From positions 526,548,576 through 526,612,575 of the forward strand of contig NC_058132.1 in assembly GCF_016433145.1 (NCBI RefSeq): a stretch of DNA of 64,000 nucleotides, in the 5' to 3' direction. The position numbers and the translations under genes are program-made. Numbering within the stretch: the stretch's first letter is position 1; every line of letters begins with the position of its first letter. Of the stretch, positions 1 to 13,180 are shown piece after piece. The notes below the pieces were generated by a model, which did not search any database, had not been told where the DNA came from, and saw nothing but the letters and a program-made list of their open reading frames with translations. The DNA comes from Gracilinanus agilis. Its lineage: Eukaryota.

Positions 1-3000
1 TAGGATAATTTTGAAGATAATTAGCAAAGAATAATGTTAATCTAGTGATTATAGAAGCTAATTTTTAATATTCTGTAGTTTTACATATACAATTTTGCTT
101 TTTGGGGTTTTTAAGTTGTTCTTCAGGCAATGCTAGGTATTTGGCAGTGAGAATGTGTCTCTGGAGACCTCAGTGATCATCTCTTGGAAAGTTGTGATAT
201 TATGGTACTCCTGGTCTGATAAAGGCAAGTGTTATTGAAATGTAGGCTATCAAGCTCTCTCAGTGAGAATGATTAATGGTCTGCTTTGGTGTGTCATCGA
301 TGAAATGCTGTCACATTTATCCACCAACACTACTCTGCAGCATTTAAGCACTTCTTTTTCCTCCAAATCTGTTTCAGACCTCGGTGGATGTGTATTTTTG
401 AATCATTTGCTTTTTGTGGTTCAGATCCATCCAAAGGCTGACAGACCTGTCCCCCATAAGAAAGGGGCATAAAAACACCAAATGCAAAACCACAATAATT
501 TCTTTGATTGCAGGGACTTTTTGGCCAGCCTGAAGTAAGAACTTGCCTTTAGAAGAACCTTTGGGCCCATCAGTGTCTCCCTCTCCTCAAAAGGGATGGC
601 AGGCCGATGGACAGCTGGCAATCACCCTGACCTCCGCAGACTTCAGAGGAGGTAAGCACCTCTGTTGGTACTCCTCAGACAAATATGTACTTCCTGCTCA
701 CCCCATCTATACCCTGAGCTCCGTCTGAGTCCCGTGTGGGCCTTGCCATGAAAACTTCTTGAGGCTTCATCTTCTGATTCCAACTATGCATAGGTTCACA
801 GAAATAACCACTACTGTCAACAACTTTTTTCCTTTTGACCCAGAAAAGATTGAGAGGAGAACAGCTATTTCATCTTTTCCCCTGTTTGAGGACAGGCCAT
901 CCTATATTTATATATATCTTGAACACCTAGAATTTTTTTGTTTGTTTCAGGTGGCTACCACCTTAACTCAGACTCAGTTCTGGCTCCTCTGAGTTCATGT
1001 TGCCATTTGAGGACAATGTACAAAGTGTCTTACTTTCCTAATTTATTATATTTTTGAGTTGGGAGGGTAAAGACTTTTTAGGGTTGTCTCTGCCCTTAAT
1101 TGTCAAACGATCCCGAAACTGAGCTCTGAGAATTTTCTAGGAGGAATTGTGTCTGCTCTTGATACTGGAATAGCACCATAGGCTAGAAACTTTACTTTTC
1201 CTTAGAGCAGTAAATCCATTGGGGAAGTTGTGGAATGAAAAAGTATACAAAAAAACCAAAGGATACTTGGTTATATTGATAGTCAGGTTGTTTGTCTAAG
1301 TGGCAGTTAACAATTTCCTTATCATCTGTGTATGAATTAGTCTTTCAGAAATGAGTATCAGAAAATAGCACAAATTAGCACAATTGCTTAGCCAGATTTC
1401 CAGTTGCTGCTTCTGTGAATAAATATGTATTTATACACGTGTATGTGTGCATATATATGAATATTTGGGGTTTTGGAGATGATTAGGTCACAAAGTTGGA
1501 AGTTACTTTTGGGGGAAAATAGAGTAGGTAATAATTTTCTATTGAGCATTTTTAATCTTTTAAAAGATTTTTTAAAATTGTAAGACATTGATTGTTTCTA
1601 CTAAGAGAACTTATCTTAGACAAAATGTAGTTTATCAAACTGGCCAGATTTTTTTTAATCATTTAATGGCTACATAATAGAAATAGCAAAGGAGAGCATT
1701 CATTGTGTAGTATTGCCAGAATTGCTGATTTATTGGGTACAGTGGTATGCATAAAAGTATTCATTGAAAGCATATAAAAGAATGTTGTATAGATTGTTTA
1801 AATAGGGTTTGTTTACCATAGGCAATAGGAATCATTTGTAGAGAATTACTGAAGGTCCTTATGACTCTATTGCCATAGAAAAGAGTAAATATTTCATAGA
1901 AATGGGTAAACGTTTTGGAAAAACTATTACTTTTTGGAAAGAAAAATGTTTAGAATTTGTTTTTATTTGTTTCATTTTTAATTACCTTCCTTGTTACATC
2001 TAACTTCCAATTCTTTAAACATAATCGTGAATATGATTGGAACCTTCTCTAAGTGCTTTATGCTAAATCTTGACCCTATCCAGCAGAAAGGCTGTAATTA
2101 GTGCTACATAGTAATAGATTTTACATAGTTCTTTAAAGTTTGTATTTTAAAAGCAACAGGACACTGCTAACTCAAATTTTTCATCAGCTTGTGATTTCTC
2201 TTTGGATCTTACATCTTTGTCTTATGGATTGCATTAATAAGAAAAGATATTTTGTTTTTTCATCAATTTACATAAGAACAGTTTTCAACATTTAAAAAAG
2301 AAATTTTAAGTCCTGTATTCTTTCCTTTCCTCCCTTTCCTTGCAGATGGTAAGCAATCTCATATAAATTTTACATGTGCAATCATATATGTAAAGTTTTT
2401 TTCCATATTAATCATTTTGTGGGAAAAAACTCCAAAAATAGGAAAGCAAAAAAAAAATGTTTGTTTTGATCTGGATTCAGACTATCAGTTCTTTCTCCAG
2501 AAGCAGATGACATTTTTTAATCATGTATGCTTTCAGGTTGTTTTAGGTTATTTTATTGCTAAGAACAGCTAAGTTTGGCCCATTGTTCAACAACATGCCA
2601 AGATTTTTTTGAATCCTTTCATTCAATATATTTTCTTATATGCATTATCAAACCACTGGTTAGAAATAGGTTAGAGTAGTGGAAGGAATACTGATCTTGA
2701 GTCTTAGGCCAAGTCTTAAAGTCTCACTTAACCTCTCTCCCTTTATATATATACTCTTTATCCATAAAATGGAGGTGATAATGATAATAAAAAATATTTG
2801 TATGTCTCTCAAGTTTGGCATATAGAGAACTTTTAAAAAATTCTTGTTCATTGCTTACTTGCCTGACTTGTAGATAACTTCTCTAATGAGGTTGTTGTGG
2901 AGAAAACACATGGTAGATATTGAAATGCTATAGAAATAGATTCAAGTTATCTCTTCCAGCTTTGTTTTATTTGCATATTTTATAAACTTTTATAAACTTG

Positions 3001-3394
3001 CCCTTTATGCTTTTATCCACAGCACTGATGAAGATGTTAAATATTTCAGGCAAAGACAAATCCCAGCTAAGGAATACTCTAATATAGATCTCTCTCTTAA
3101 AATGATATTTGTCTATTAATTTCTAGTCTTTCGGTCAAGTTATTCCATTGGTATGGACTCTTCCAATTATGCCATCATACAACCTATGTGGGTGTTTGAA
3201 TTGAATTGGATCTCTGCAGTTTACAAGATAGTATGAGATAATTTGTCAAATGCTTTATGGAAGCACACGTGAACAATTTCTAAAGCATTTTGAACCAGAC
3301 TTGATAATCTGCTGTTTCAGAAAAGAAAATGAGATTATTTTAACATAATATTGCTCTCATGCTTCCCTTCCCCTCCCCTTCCTCTCCCCCCCAA

Positions 3395-3567
3395 AGGACC
3401 CTTACCAGTACTGTGTATTGATTCCAAAAGAGAAGAGCAGTAAAGCCTGGGCAATGGGGGACTTGCCCATTGTTACACAGGTAGGAGGTATCTGAATCCA
3501 GATCTGAACCCAGGACCTCCTGTCTCTGAGCTTGGCTCTCAATCCACTGAGCCAGCTAACTGCTTTC
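3395..3567 (-). mobile_element. tRNA-derived SINE, SINE1_Mdo-type (older, diverged copy)
   Basis: Reverse complement resembles the ggggcagctgggtagctcagtggattgagag... head plus the tgtgtattgattccaa tail seen in other copies in the window; boundaries approximate. Confidence 0.8.
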
Positions 3568-3580
3568 TTGATCTCTTTTA

Positions 3581-3720
3581 NNNNNNNNNNNNNNNNNNNN
3601 NNNNNNNNNNNNNNNNNNNNNNNNNNNNNNNNNNNNNNNNNNNNNNNNNNNNNNNNNNNNNNNNNNNNNNNNNNNNNNNNNNNNNNNNNNNNNNNNNNNN
3701 NNNNNNNNNNNNNNNNNNNN
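3581..3720. other. Assembly gap (140 N)
   Basis: Run of n. Confidence 1.
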
Positions 3721-4217
3721 CTACTCTCCTTAACTATCAACTCTTATCATAAAGAAAGACTCAGGTTAAATAAATAGAGAAATCTTGTCATATTCTTCTC
3801 CTAGGCAGTTTGGCATAAGATATGTTCATGATGTATCCTATAATTGATGGACCTTACTGATTACCACTGTTGTCTCTAAATGTTCCCAGTTTATTTCAAC
3901 ATATTGTTGTAGAATTTTGTCAGGAATTGAGGTTAACTGTGCTATCTTCATTCCCCTCCACCCCCATTTTGAAATTTTTGCCGTCTTTTTAGAAACCTGT
4001 GACATTTGCTCTTTATTCTTGTAACATCTTCATCATTTATAACCCTTCAGAGATCATTCTTTAATAGTCATGGATAATAATATTCTCCACTGTTTCTTTT
4101 GGGACCCTGTGGTGTACTTTGGCCCCCTTGAATTCATTAGGAATACTTCTATGTCCTCTTTTACCATCCTGAGTGTTTTTCCCCTTAAATTCTTTTTTCA
4201 AATTACATGTACAATTT

Positions 4218-4422
4218 AAAAAAAAAATTAAACCCTTATGTTCCGTCTTGGAGTCAATACTGTGTATTGGCTCCAAGGTAGAAGAGTGTTAAGGGCTAGG
4301 CAATGGGGGTTAAGTGACTTGCTCAGGGTCACACAGCTGGGAAGCGTCTGAGGCTAGATTTGAACCTAGGACCTCCCATCTCTAGGTCTAGCTCTCAATC
4401 CACTGAGCTACCCAGCTGCCCC
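4218..4422 (-). mobile_element. SINE1_Mdo-type SINE, full length, 13-bp TSD
   Basis: A/B-box head on the minus strand (ends ...cccagctgcccc); TSD acatgtacaattt at 4205-4217 and 4424-4436. Confidence 0.92.
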
Positions 4423-4439
4423 AACATGTACAATTTTTT

Positions 4440-4850
4440 AAAGATGTTTTTTAAAAAATTGATTTCCAAATTCTTTCCCTCCTTCTAAACACCCCACCCC
4501 CACCCCAACCCTCCAGAAGTCAAACAATTTTATATTATTGGGGTTATTTGTGTGCAGGCTTGCAAAACATATCTCCATCTTAGTCATGTTTTGAAAGAAA
4601 ACACAAGACACTCCTCACCCTCCCCCCAAAAAAGAAAGTAAAAAAAATGCTTTGATCTATATTCAAGACTATCAGTTTTCTCTGGAGATTAGATAGCATT
4701 TTTCATTATGTGTCCTTTGGAATTGGCTTATATCACTGTATTGCTGTGAATAGGTAAGTCATTCATAGTTGATCATCACATAATATTGCTGTTACTGTGT
4801 ACATTGTTCTTCTGGTTCTCCCCACTTCACATAAGTCTTTACAATACTCT
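4440..4850 (-). mobile_element. Old marsupial L1 3' region fragment
   Basis: Shares ttgatctggattcagactatcagttctttctc-like text with 2465-2530; typical antisense L1 3' UTR composition. Boundaries approximate. Confidence 0.55.
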
Positions 4851-5263
4851 CTTGTTACTGTGATTATTAAAATTATTTGAGAGACCGGTTTTGGGATAAG
4901 AATATCAATTTACTAATTAGGCAGCCATTTAACCAATAAGTTGATATGTTATTGAACATCTTGGTGGCCAAAGATTCCCTGAAGGTCCTTCAGGCAGATC
5001 CATAAATAACATTTGGTTCATCATTAAGTCCCTTCCCAGGACATCCCACGACATCCTCAGTTGGTGAATAGTTAATAAGGAGGTTGCAATCAAGACTCTC
5101 AACCTTTCTCCTATCCCCATAGGTAATGAGGTATATAGGCAGAAGGAACTTTTATCAATTAACCAGGTTCCTTGGGGAGAGGAGGAGGACATTTCCAGAA
5201 GTTCCTTAAAAGTGAGGGAAATGAAAAAGTCAATGGACTAGTTCTTTCTCCTTCCCCCCAGCA

Positions 5264-5304
5264 GTGTGTGTGTGCGCGCGCGCGCGCGCACACACACACA
5301 CACA
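5264..5304. repeat. Compound microsatellite (GT)5G(CG)7(CA)8; perfect 36-bp palindrome 5264-5299
   Basis: Read directly from the sequence. Confidence 0.95.
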
Positions 5305-5339
5305 TTCTTACATTACTTATCTGTAGGTCAGCCCTTGTA

Positions 5340-5525
5340 TAGCAATTTGTGTACCATCTCTCCTTGTGTGAAGATTTTCTTGATAATGAAAACATAAACC
5401 ACCTTGCATCATCCTTCTGATCTTCCCTGAGTAGCAGTACTTTTCTTTCTGATCTTCTTGACCCCAGCATACTTTAAAATAGAAATTCTTTCTGGTGTCT
5501 TTAACATTCATTGCCAGCTTCTACT
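5340..5525 (-). mobile_element. L3/CR1 ORF2 fragment
   Basis: Minus strand reads KLAMNVKDTRKNFY..., resembling the CR1 motif LARDAKGNKKGFY. Confidence 0.55.
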
Positions 5526-6859
5526 CACTCATTCTGAGTTTTAGCACCTCTCACATTCTTTTGCCAAGACTATATAGGCACTATGCTGGTATATTTTATA
5601 CGAATATGAAAAATACTCATCCTCACTAAAATTTGCTTCCTTCTATGTGATATACCTAAAAAGGGGTTGGGGGCAAAATGTAGTTCACAATGCATCTATA
5701 TTGCCTTACTTACTTACCCCTTCAACAGCTGTAAACTGTACTACTTAAAGGTAAAATTCTGTTACCCCCCCCCCCCCCCACCAAGCTGATTACTGGTTAG
5801 ACAGAAATGTTTTAAACTATTATTACTATAAAGAAAGAGTTTAGGTATAAGAATATGTCTAAAGAATTTCAGGTAATAATCCATAATTTTTATTACTGAA
5901 TTACCTCATTTTTCTGCATTTGAATTCTTAGATTTCCATTTGAGTAGTTTGGGTGAGCAAGGTTTTTAGAGGTGAATGTGTTTGGCTAACTGGTGCTTAC
6001 TAATTGTCTCTTTGGGAAGTTCATTTAAACAGCCTGAGCTTCAGTTACTTATCCCTAATACTTAGCATAGTACCTGAAAAATATTAAGCTTTTAATAAAT
6101 TCTTATTGATTAATTATATGACTTCTTGAGATAAAATAAATATGTTGACACCATTGTTGTACTAATTAGTATATCTTAATTAGGGATTATAAATCAAGAG
6201 AATATACTATTTTCATCTTGGTCAGTATAGAGAGGCTTATCACCAGAATAATAAACATTAAGATAATCAGTTTTTTGCCCACTCTATGAAACATAGAAAG
6301 ACAAAATGGCCCTTTGTCCTGTTTTACCCACTTTCTATTTCCATGAATGGTGGAACAGGGCACAGACTGTGCTAAAGAATTTCACAATTCCTTGACCATC
6401 CATATTCTTCTAACTGTTGATATTGTAAAAATAAAAAGGGATTGTAAAAATAAATGTTGAAAAATAAGCAAATAAAGGTTCAAAACTGTTCAGATACTTT
6501 TGATAAATGTAATCAAAAGTATCTTCAGTGATAAAGTAAAGTGAAGCTCATGAATGAACTTTTCTTTAGGGCCAGGCACAAGGATGCATTCTAACTCCAC
6601 CCAAATAAAACTCCCTGGTTCCACAAGGAACTGCTTCTCCTGTTTTCACTGGCTACAGTAATCCTCCCTGATCTGACTAACCCAAATTTTTACTATTCTA
6701 AATAAACTACCACTATTATCCTTATAATTCTTAAGTTTGCCTCCAAGTTATAAAAATAACAAAGGCTAGCTGGTTGAAACAAGAGATAGTCTGAATGTAG
6801 ATCGAAACATACCATTCTTCACTTTCCTTCGTCAATGAATTTTTCTTTAGTATAAGCAA

Positions 6860-7330
6860 TATGTGTCTTATTTTAAAACATGGCAAACATAGAGATAGGT
6901 ATCATATGATAATATATGTACAACCTATGTCATATTGCTGCCTTCTTGAGGAGGGGAAAGGTATGGGAGGAAAGGAAATTTAAAAAAATGTTTATTAGTT
7001 TCTTGTTGAATGGGAGTTTTGAAAAGGACTAGGGTTAATGATAATCATATCAAAAAAGAAAGAAAATATTGTTGAGTCATTTAAAAATACAAATAAGAGG
7101 GCAAAAGAAAATGCAAAATGGGATCCAGATAAGCAAAGCAATGTTGGAACTATCATATTAAATTTGAGATATGTATATTTTTAAAGCTCTATGTAGTGAA
7201 AATTCACAATTTCATATGTGGTCTTCTTTTTTTGTTCTTTGAAGGTGAAAATGTTCATGTTTGTTAATACTTAGCAAATTCATAGTAATAAAAGAAAATT
7301 GAAAAATAAAAAAGTTAAATTAAAAAAACA
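6860..7330 (+). mobile_element. Old L1 3' UTR fragment ending in an A-rich tail
   Basis: caacctatgtcatattgctgccttcttgaggaggggaaagg motif and A-rich 3' end; approximate. Confidence 0.5.
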
Positions 7331-7399
7331 TTTTTAAAAGAAAGGAGTCCAAAGATCTTGGATGTGATTAGGATGAAACAATAGAACAAAGAAAATATA

Positions 7400-8330
7400 T
7401 TTAAACAGATAAGAACTTCTTGGTTATTGCCTTGAGAGTCATTGCAGAATCAGCTTTTTAATAATCTGGTCATTGACACAATTTGGACAAATGTCAAGAC
7501 TACTAACAAGTTAGAGGAAAGATGAAGAAAATGGCATTGAGTTTGTTGCCAGAGGTTCTGACTTGACCTTTATAAAGATTATTGGTCTCTCACCTCAAAC
7601 AAAGTACAAAAGCAACTCAAACCATCATCAAAAGTTTATATGATCAAATCAAAACTCATCAAAAGTTTATATGATAACCCTACAATACTCCACAATGACA
7701 AAGTTTCAGCAAGTATTAAAATAATCAGCCTGCCGAATGGAGTTTAATGGCTGGCATTAGCAGTAGCACTAGCTTAAAGTATATATTCAGTGTGCAGACC
7801 TCTTTCATAATTAAATGGCCTTTGCAAATAGATAGTTGGATGGCCACGGAATTAAATAGGAGATGGAAGTTGGGCTAAAATTTTCTCATGGGATTGCTTG
7901 ATCCTTTCAATGACTCCAAGCTATACTTAGATTCTTTTTTTTAACATAAATGTACACCTAACTATTTAACTTCAAACAGTCAAACATCACAGTTTCAGAA
8001 GAGTATGGATTGCTTGAGAGATGCAAAAGGTAAAGGAAAGATGCACTATGTTAGGAAGGACGACCTATGCATGAAAAATGTCATGTGTATCATCAAAGAT
8101 AGCATGTCCAGAAGTGGTAAGTTTGTTGGTCATCCAAAGAGAAAGAACTGATTACTGTATTTACATTCACAAAGTATTAAAATAACAAGAGGAAGGCTTC
8201 AGTTGTCTCTTCAAAGATTTAGAGGAAAGCATATGAAGAGTTGCACAAGTCATGAAGGGGTTTGCTGCCTGTACAGGTAGCATGAGGATCCTCAACAATG
8301 AACTGATCAAGCCACTGAAATATTTGGGGT
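7400..8330 (+). mobile_element. Degenerate RTE LINE, 3' part of the ORF and tail
   Basis: gatagttggatggccacggaattaaataggagatggaagttgggc...ttcaatgactccaagc resembles the RTE segment MDNELGPELNRRKRAGW...FNDPKL also seen at 37150-37540. Confidence 0.6.
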
Positions 8331-11300
8331 TATAATCTTGCCTTTACTGTACTCCTCCTTTTCTACTTCATAGGATGGCATAGGAGTGTGAACTGCAATG
8401 AAAGTTTTCAAACCACTATTAGGTGACCTTTTTGCCCTGATCTACTCTGCTGATAATTGCTTTACAGAATATTTCAGAAAGAGATCATAAGAATATTCTT
8501 TCATTTCAGGAAAGGTATTGAACCAGCTTTTACATCCAAGGTACAAGTATTGCCTGGAAATTTAGTAACATTTTAGCCAGTTAGCTCAGTTGTTCTCTGA
8601 CATCATATGGTTAAGTCCTATCTAACAGATTTGCCTGTATCTTGATACATGACTGAGTTACTGTCTTTTCTGGTAATACTTTTCTTTGGTGATATACTTT
8701 ACATTGCTTACCCTGCACAGCTCTTCCTTGGTAATTGATTTTCGCCTGATCATGCATACCATGTTACACATCTCTTCGTTGTTCTTTGTTTGACCTACAT
8801 TTTGAATTATCTAGTCATTTTATCTTCTGTCATACAGTGTTTACTTTGGGTTATTTATTTCACCTCTTTTAGTTTAAATTTCTTTTAGGTTCCATTTAAA
8901 AATAACTCATGTTTATGTTACTTATTATTTTGCTATCAAATTCCCTCTGTCAAGATAGTTTGCTCCTTAAAGAAAATGGTTTTGGCTTTATAATTGCATC
9001 TAAAACAGAAGGATGTAAGGAGCTCTGGCAATATGTTTTCAGAGTTGCTGGAAACAGACCTGGGAAGTTCATGCAAATTTATATAAACATGGTCAAATGA
9101 GTAACTGTTTGGGTTTTTTAGAAAATGCTCTGACAGTAATTTTTTCCAGATGTTTGTTGTGCCTTTTTTAAACAAGCCATCTATCCAAAAATGGCCGAAT
9201 TGTTCATCATTTGCATGTGGCCACACCCAAGGGAACAATAATAGAAGGGCCTATGATAGCAATAGTATCAGTAGTACACAGAGATATTTTTGGTCTGATG
9301 GGCATAAAGTTGTTTCATATCTATTCATCTCTGATTGTTCAAAGTATATCTTGATGTCTGTAGTTTATGATGGGTAGTCAGCATATAGGAGATCTCTCTT
9401 TTTTTTTTCCCTATGCAGTAGCCTTAAGTTGATGTCACAGGTTTTCAAAGTACATTTTTTTATGAAGATTTCATATCTGTGAGCAAAGTCCTTTCCTTAC
9501 TACTACATTGGCATTTCTCTCTGGTCTTACTGCTATTATAAGGTATTGGTGCCAATACTTGGTATTGGGTAAACCTTGGTTTAAGATCTTCTTATTTGGC
9601 ATTTAAAACATTTGGTTGTCAGAAAGATAATTTCCCTAGATTCATCTTTGGTCATTTGCTAGTAATACAACCATTGTTCAGGGATTCTTATGAAATGGGT
9701 CACAGGGCTTGAATATGTGAAGTTAAATGTTCAGTATTCAGTCACATGGAATTAGAGTTACCCTGTCAGCCTCACTTTGGTTTTGGGAGGTCATCTGAAT
9801 TCCTGATCAGCTCAGAACAGATGGAACTTCTGGGCAAGGGAAAAAGCACATCTGTTTTCTCTGAGAGTAATTTTTAGCACACCAAGTATCTGTTTGTCCT
9901 CACGTTTCTGGGAAAAGTAGAAATGGTTTCAGTACGTTAAACCTCTATTGAATGCCAATAAATAAAGGAGATATAAAGCTATTCATTTTTCTTTTAGGTA
10001 GGCTAAACAAACATCAGGCAAATCCTGATTTGAAGTAACAGGAGATAGCTTTTCATTAGCCAATCAGTTGTTTAAAAAGTGAGACTGATTGCCAAGGATA
10101 ATGTAGAAGAAATGTGTTGCATCAGAGTGTTGTGAAGAGTAGGGCTGGTGAAGAAATTTCTTTCTATCCCCTGATTATCCTGTCTTAAAGCAATTGAGAA
10201 AGAGTCCTCAAGACATTTGGCAGCTTTGCTTTCTTTGTTTTCTCTCTAAATAAATGGAATGGAATCCAAGTTCCCAAATGGACTAAATATTTTAAATTCT
10301 GGCCAAGAAAATGTATCCCCATTAGTAAGCTAATATTACAATAGGTCTTTGAGATTTGAAGGGACCTTAAAATTTAAGATGTTTTTTACTCTCGTCCACT
10401 GTGTTATATTTGTCAGGATAATCTGAGGGATTTGGGGAATAGTTGTTGTTAGACTTCATTGTTGATATACTGAAGTAAGCACAATTTAATTAAAAAAATA
10501 TTTAGTAAATGCCTAGCTTTTGTATCAGCTACAAATACAAATAAAAGAATTTCTGCCTTCAAGAAGCTTACTGGGGTGGGATATATCACTCAAGTAAGTA
10601 AAAACAGATGTACCAAGTAACACAAAATAAGTTAAAGCAGTAGAATATGTGTGGATTGATGTGTATAGGAGTTGTTGAGGGGCAGTTTAAGGGGGTGGAC
10701 TGAAACAATTTACATTGTTTACCCTTTCTGGGCCTCAGTTTTAAATGTGGAGTTTGAAAGAGATGATTTGTAAGCCCCACTTCCATTTCTACATCAATGA
10801 TCTTATTATGTAGGGAGAGACCCCTGAGGTAAGCTTTGACGGAATATAGGTGTTTCAAAACGAGAGCTGAAGAGGAAAAATACCTCTTAGGAATAAGGTA
10901 CAGGCTTTCCTAAGGGTGTGGATGTGAGAAATGGAATGGGAAGAAGAAACATACCCACAACAGTTTCCACAGATACTTCCAAGTGCTTTTATCTCTATCT
11001 TTTATTTCTCTTCATAGACTGCTAAAAAAATATTAAAGATAGGACAAGAACATCTTTATTCATTCTGTTAATTCTGTTCTTCTCTAGACTCTAGAGCTTT
11101 TTAGGGAAGAGCTAATTATTCTACTGCCTTACTTGTTGTGGACATTTGTTTACTGTTTAAAATATTGTGCCCTTGAGAACTAGCTCAGCAAACAAATAAA
11201 ACATTCTAAATTAGTGTGGGAAAAGACAGAAATATTTCAAAATTTGTTTCCCGTTTTTTCTGTACACTTGATCAACATTTGACCCTTAGTTTAATCCTGA

Positions 11301-11669
11301 GCAAATTTAGAGGCCGGAATATGAAAAGATATTTTCCAATTTGAGTACGTTTGAGATGAACTTTTATTGCATACTCTTGAGAGGAGTGGGAAACTGGAAA
11401 ATAAATGATTGAAAATTGTCTTTGTTTATTGATTTTTTTTTGATGAGTGCAAGAAAGGGAAAGGGGACATAATCTGTCATGTCTTTGACTCTTCTGGTTT
11501 ACTATGAATGTGTTTCATTGGAGATTTCCTTTTTTTTAAAATGTACTTCAATTTAATGTTAAGCATCTCTTACAGGCAAAGCACTATTCCAATCTCTGTA
11601 AGAAATATAATTTTTATATAAGACAAAGTCCTTGTCCTCCTAAAATTCATAATTTTTTAAGTGTGAGAT

Positions 11670-13180
11670 CATTCAATCAACAGGTTTTTTTAAAGTATCT
11701 GGTGTGCCAGGTACTGTACTAGGTAATGAAACAGTCCCTGTCTTTAGGGTATACATATTACTATATATATAAAATATATGCAAAATAAATACAAGTTAAT
11801 TTTCAAATGGGGAGACACTAGCAGCTGAGTATATCAGGAAAGAACTCAAGTGTAAGAGTTGCCATTTGAACTGAACTTTGAAGGAAGGGAAGGAATCCCA
11901 GGAGGTAGAAGTGAAAAAGGAAGATAATTTTCAGGCTTGTGAAATTGCTTCAGCAAAGACCCACCAATGAGAAGTAGAATATTTTGTGTGAGGAAAAGTA
12001 ATAAGGCCAATTTGGCTAGACTATAGAATTATAGATGTGTGAAGGAGACTAAATGTAATCAAGATGTAGAGAACAACAGCACAGAATAATAGTCAATAGG
12101 CATTCTTAAAAATGTACATTTTTTCCAATTAATAAAAATTTATTTTCTCACTTTCCCACCCTTTCCTTTTCCCTCTTCTTCTTTCCCCAAAATATTCACA
12201 GTCAAGCAAAACTGTCTCCTCATTAGAACACATCCAAAATGTGTCTCATTGTAGCATGTATCATCTTTAGTCCTTGGGAATCATGTTTGATCAAATGTTC
12301 ACTATTTTTTCAAACTTCTGGTCTTTTTTCCCCCTCCAGACCCCCCCCCCCCAGTCTTCTAAAAGTTTTTTTGTCTTTATAATATTGTTTTTATTTAATA
12401 AATTGTTCTCCTGATTCTGCTTATTTTACTCTGTATCAGTTTATTCATTTTCCTAGGTTTCTATGAAACTACCCCCTTCCTTATAACACAATAATATTCA
12501 ATTACATTCATATTCCAAAATTTTTTCAGCCATTTTTCAATTTATGGACATCCTCTTAGCTTTCAACTAAAAAAAGGGTATTTGAAATTTGAAATTAAGT
12601 ATCTTTGTCAAGAAAACCCCAGATGAGGTTACAAGTCAGATGGCAAATAACCTACACAACCAAAGTTGTGTAGGAGTCCAGTGTTATCATTGAGGTAGAA
12701 TAAAAAGGACTTGGAACCTATTGATCATATTGGAAACCCAAGGAAGAAGAGTAAAAGTTGATACCAAGACTGAAGCATCTAAACATGAACCTCAGAGCAG
12801 ATTAATGGTGGATGTCAATGAAAGAATTAGAAAATTAGAAGGAACTCCAATAAGCTTGGTTTTGGACATAAGTTTGAAGTGTCAGTGGGGTATCTGTGAA
12901 GAAATGTCTTGAGCTATTTTAAATATGAGTTTGTGAAGTTCAGAAGGGAAGTCAGGATATGGAGATGTACTAAGGGCCATTGCAGAGAATGATCATTGGA
13001 GCTGTGGGAGTGATTTGAGATTTCTGAAAGATGAAAGAAGAGGGAGAAGAGAATTAAGGACTGGGCCTTGGAGAATTCAAGTTGAGGTTGATTAGAAAAT
13101 GGAGGGTGATTTCTCCCCGGAGAAAATGAAAAGGGTGATTCTAGAGGTGAGAAGAGAACCAGTAGAATTAAGTTTGAAAG
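11670..13180 (-). mobile_element. L2 3' fragment interrupted by an L1 fragment (~12090-12570)
   Basis: L2 tail attcaatcaacagg...gtgccaggtactgtactagg followed by typical L2 antisense text on both sides of an L1-like T-rich block; approximate. Confidence 0.55.

Noticed and set aside
3402-3777. ORF-track entries of 112 and 81 aa, and the 138/180-aa entries at 40555-41263
   Set aside because: They run through N gaps and microsatellites; artefacts.
7614-7675. 20-bp direct repeat around an 11-nt A-rich spacer as a tail-only retro-insertion with TSD
   Set aside because: The spacer resembles the 11 nt preceding the first copy, so a ~31-bp tandem duplication inside the RTE relic is simpler.
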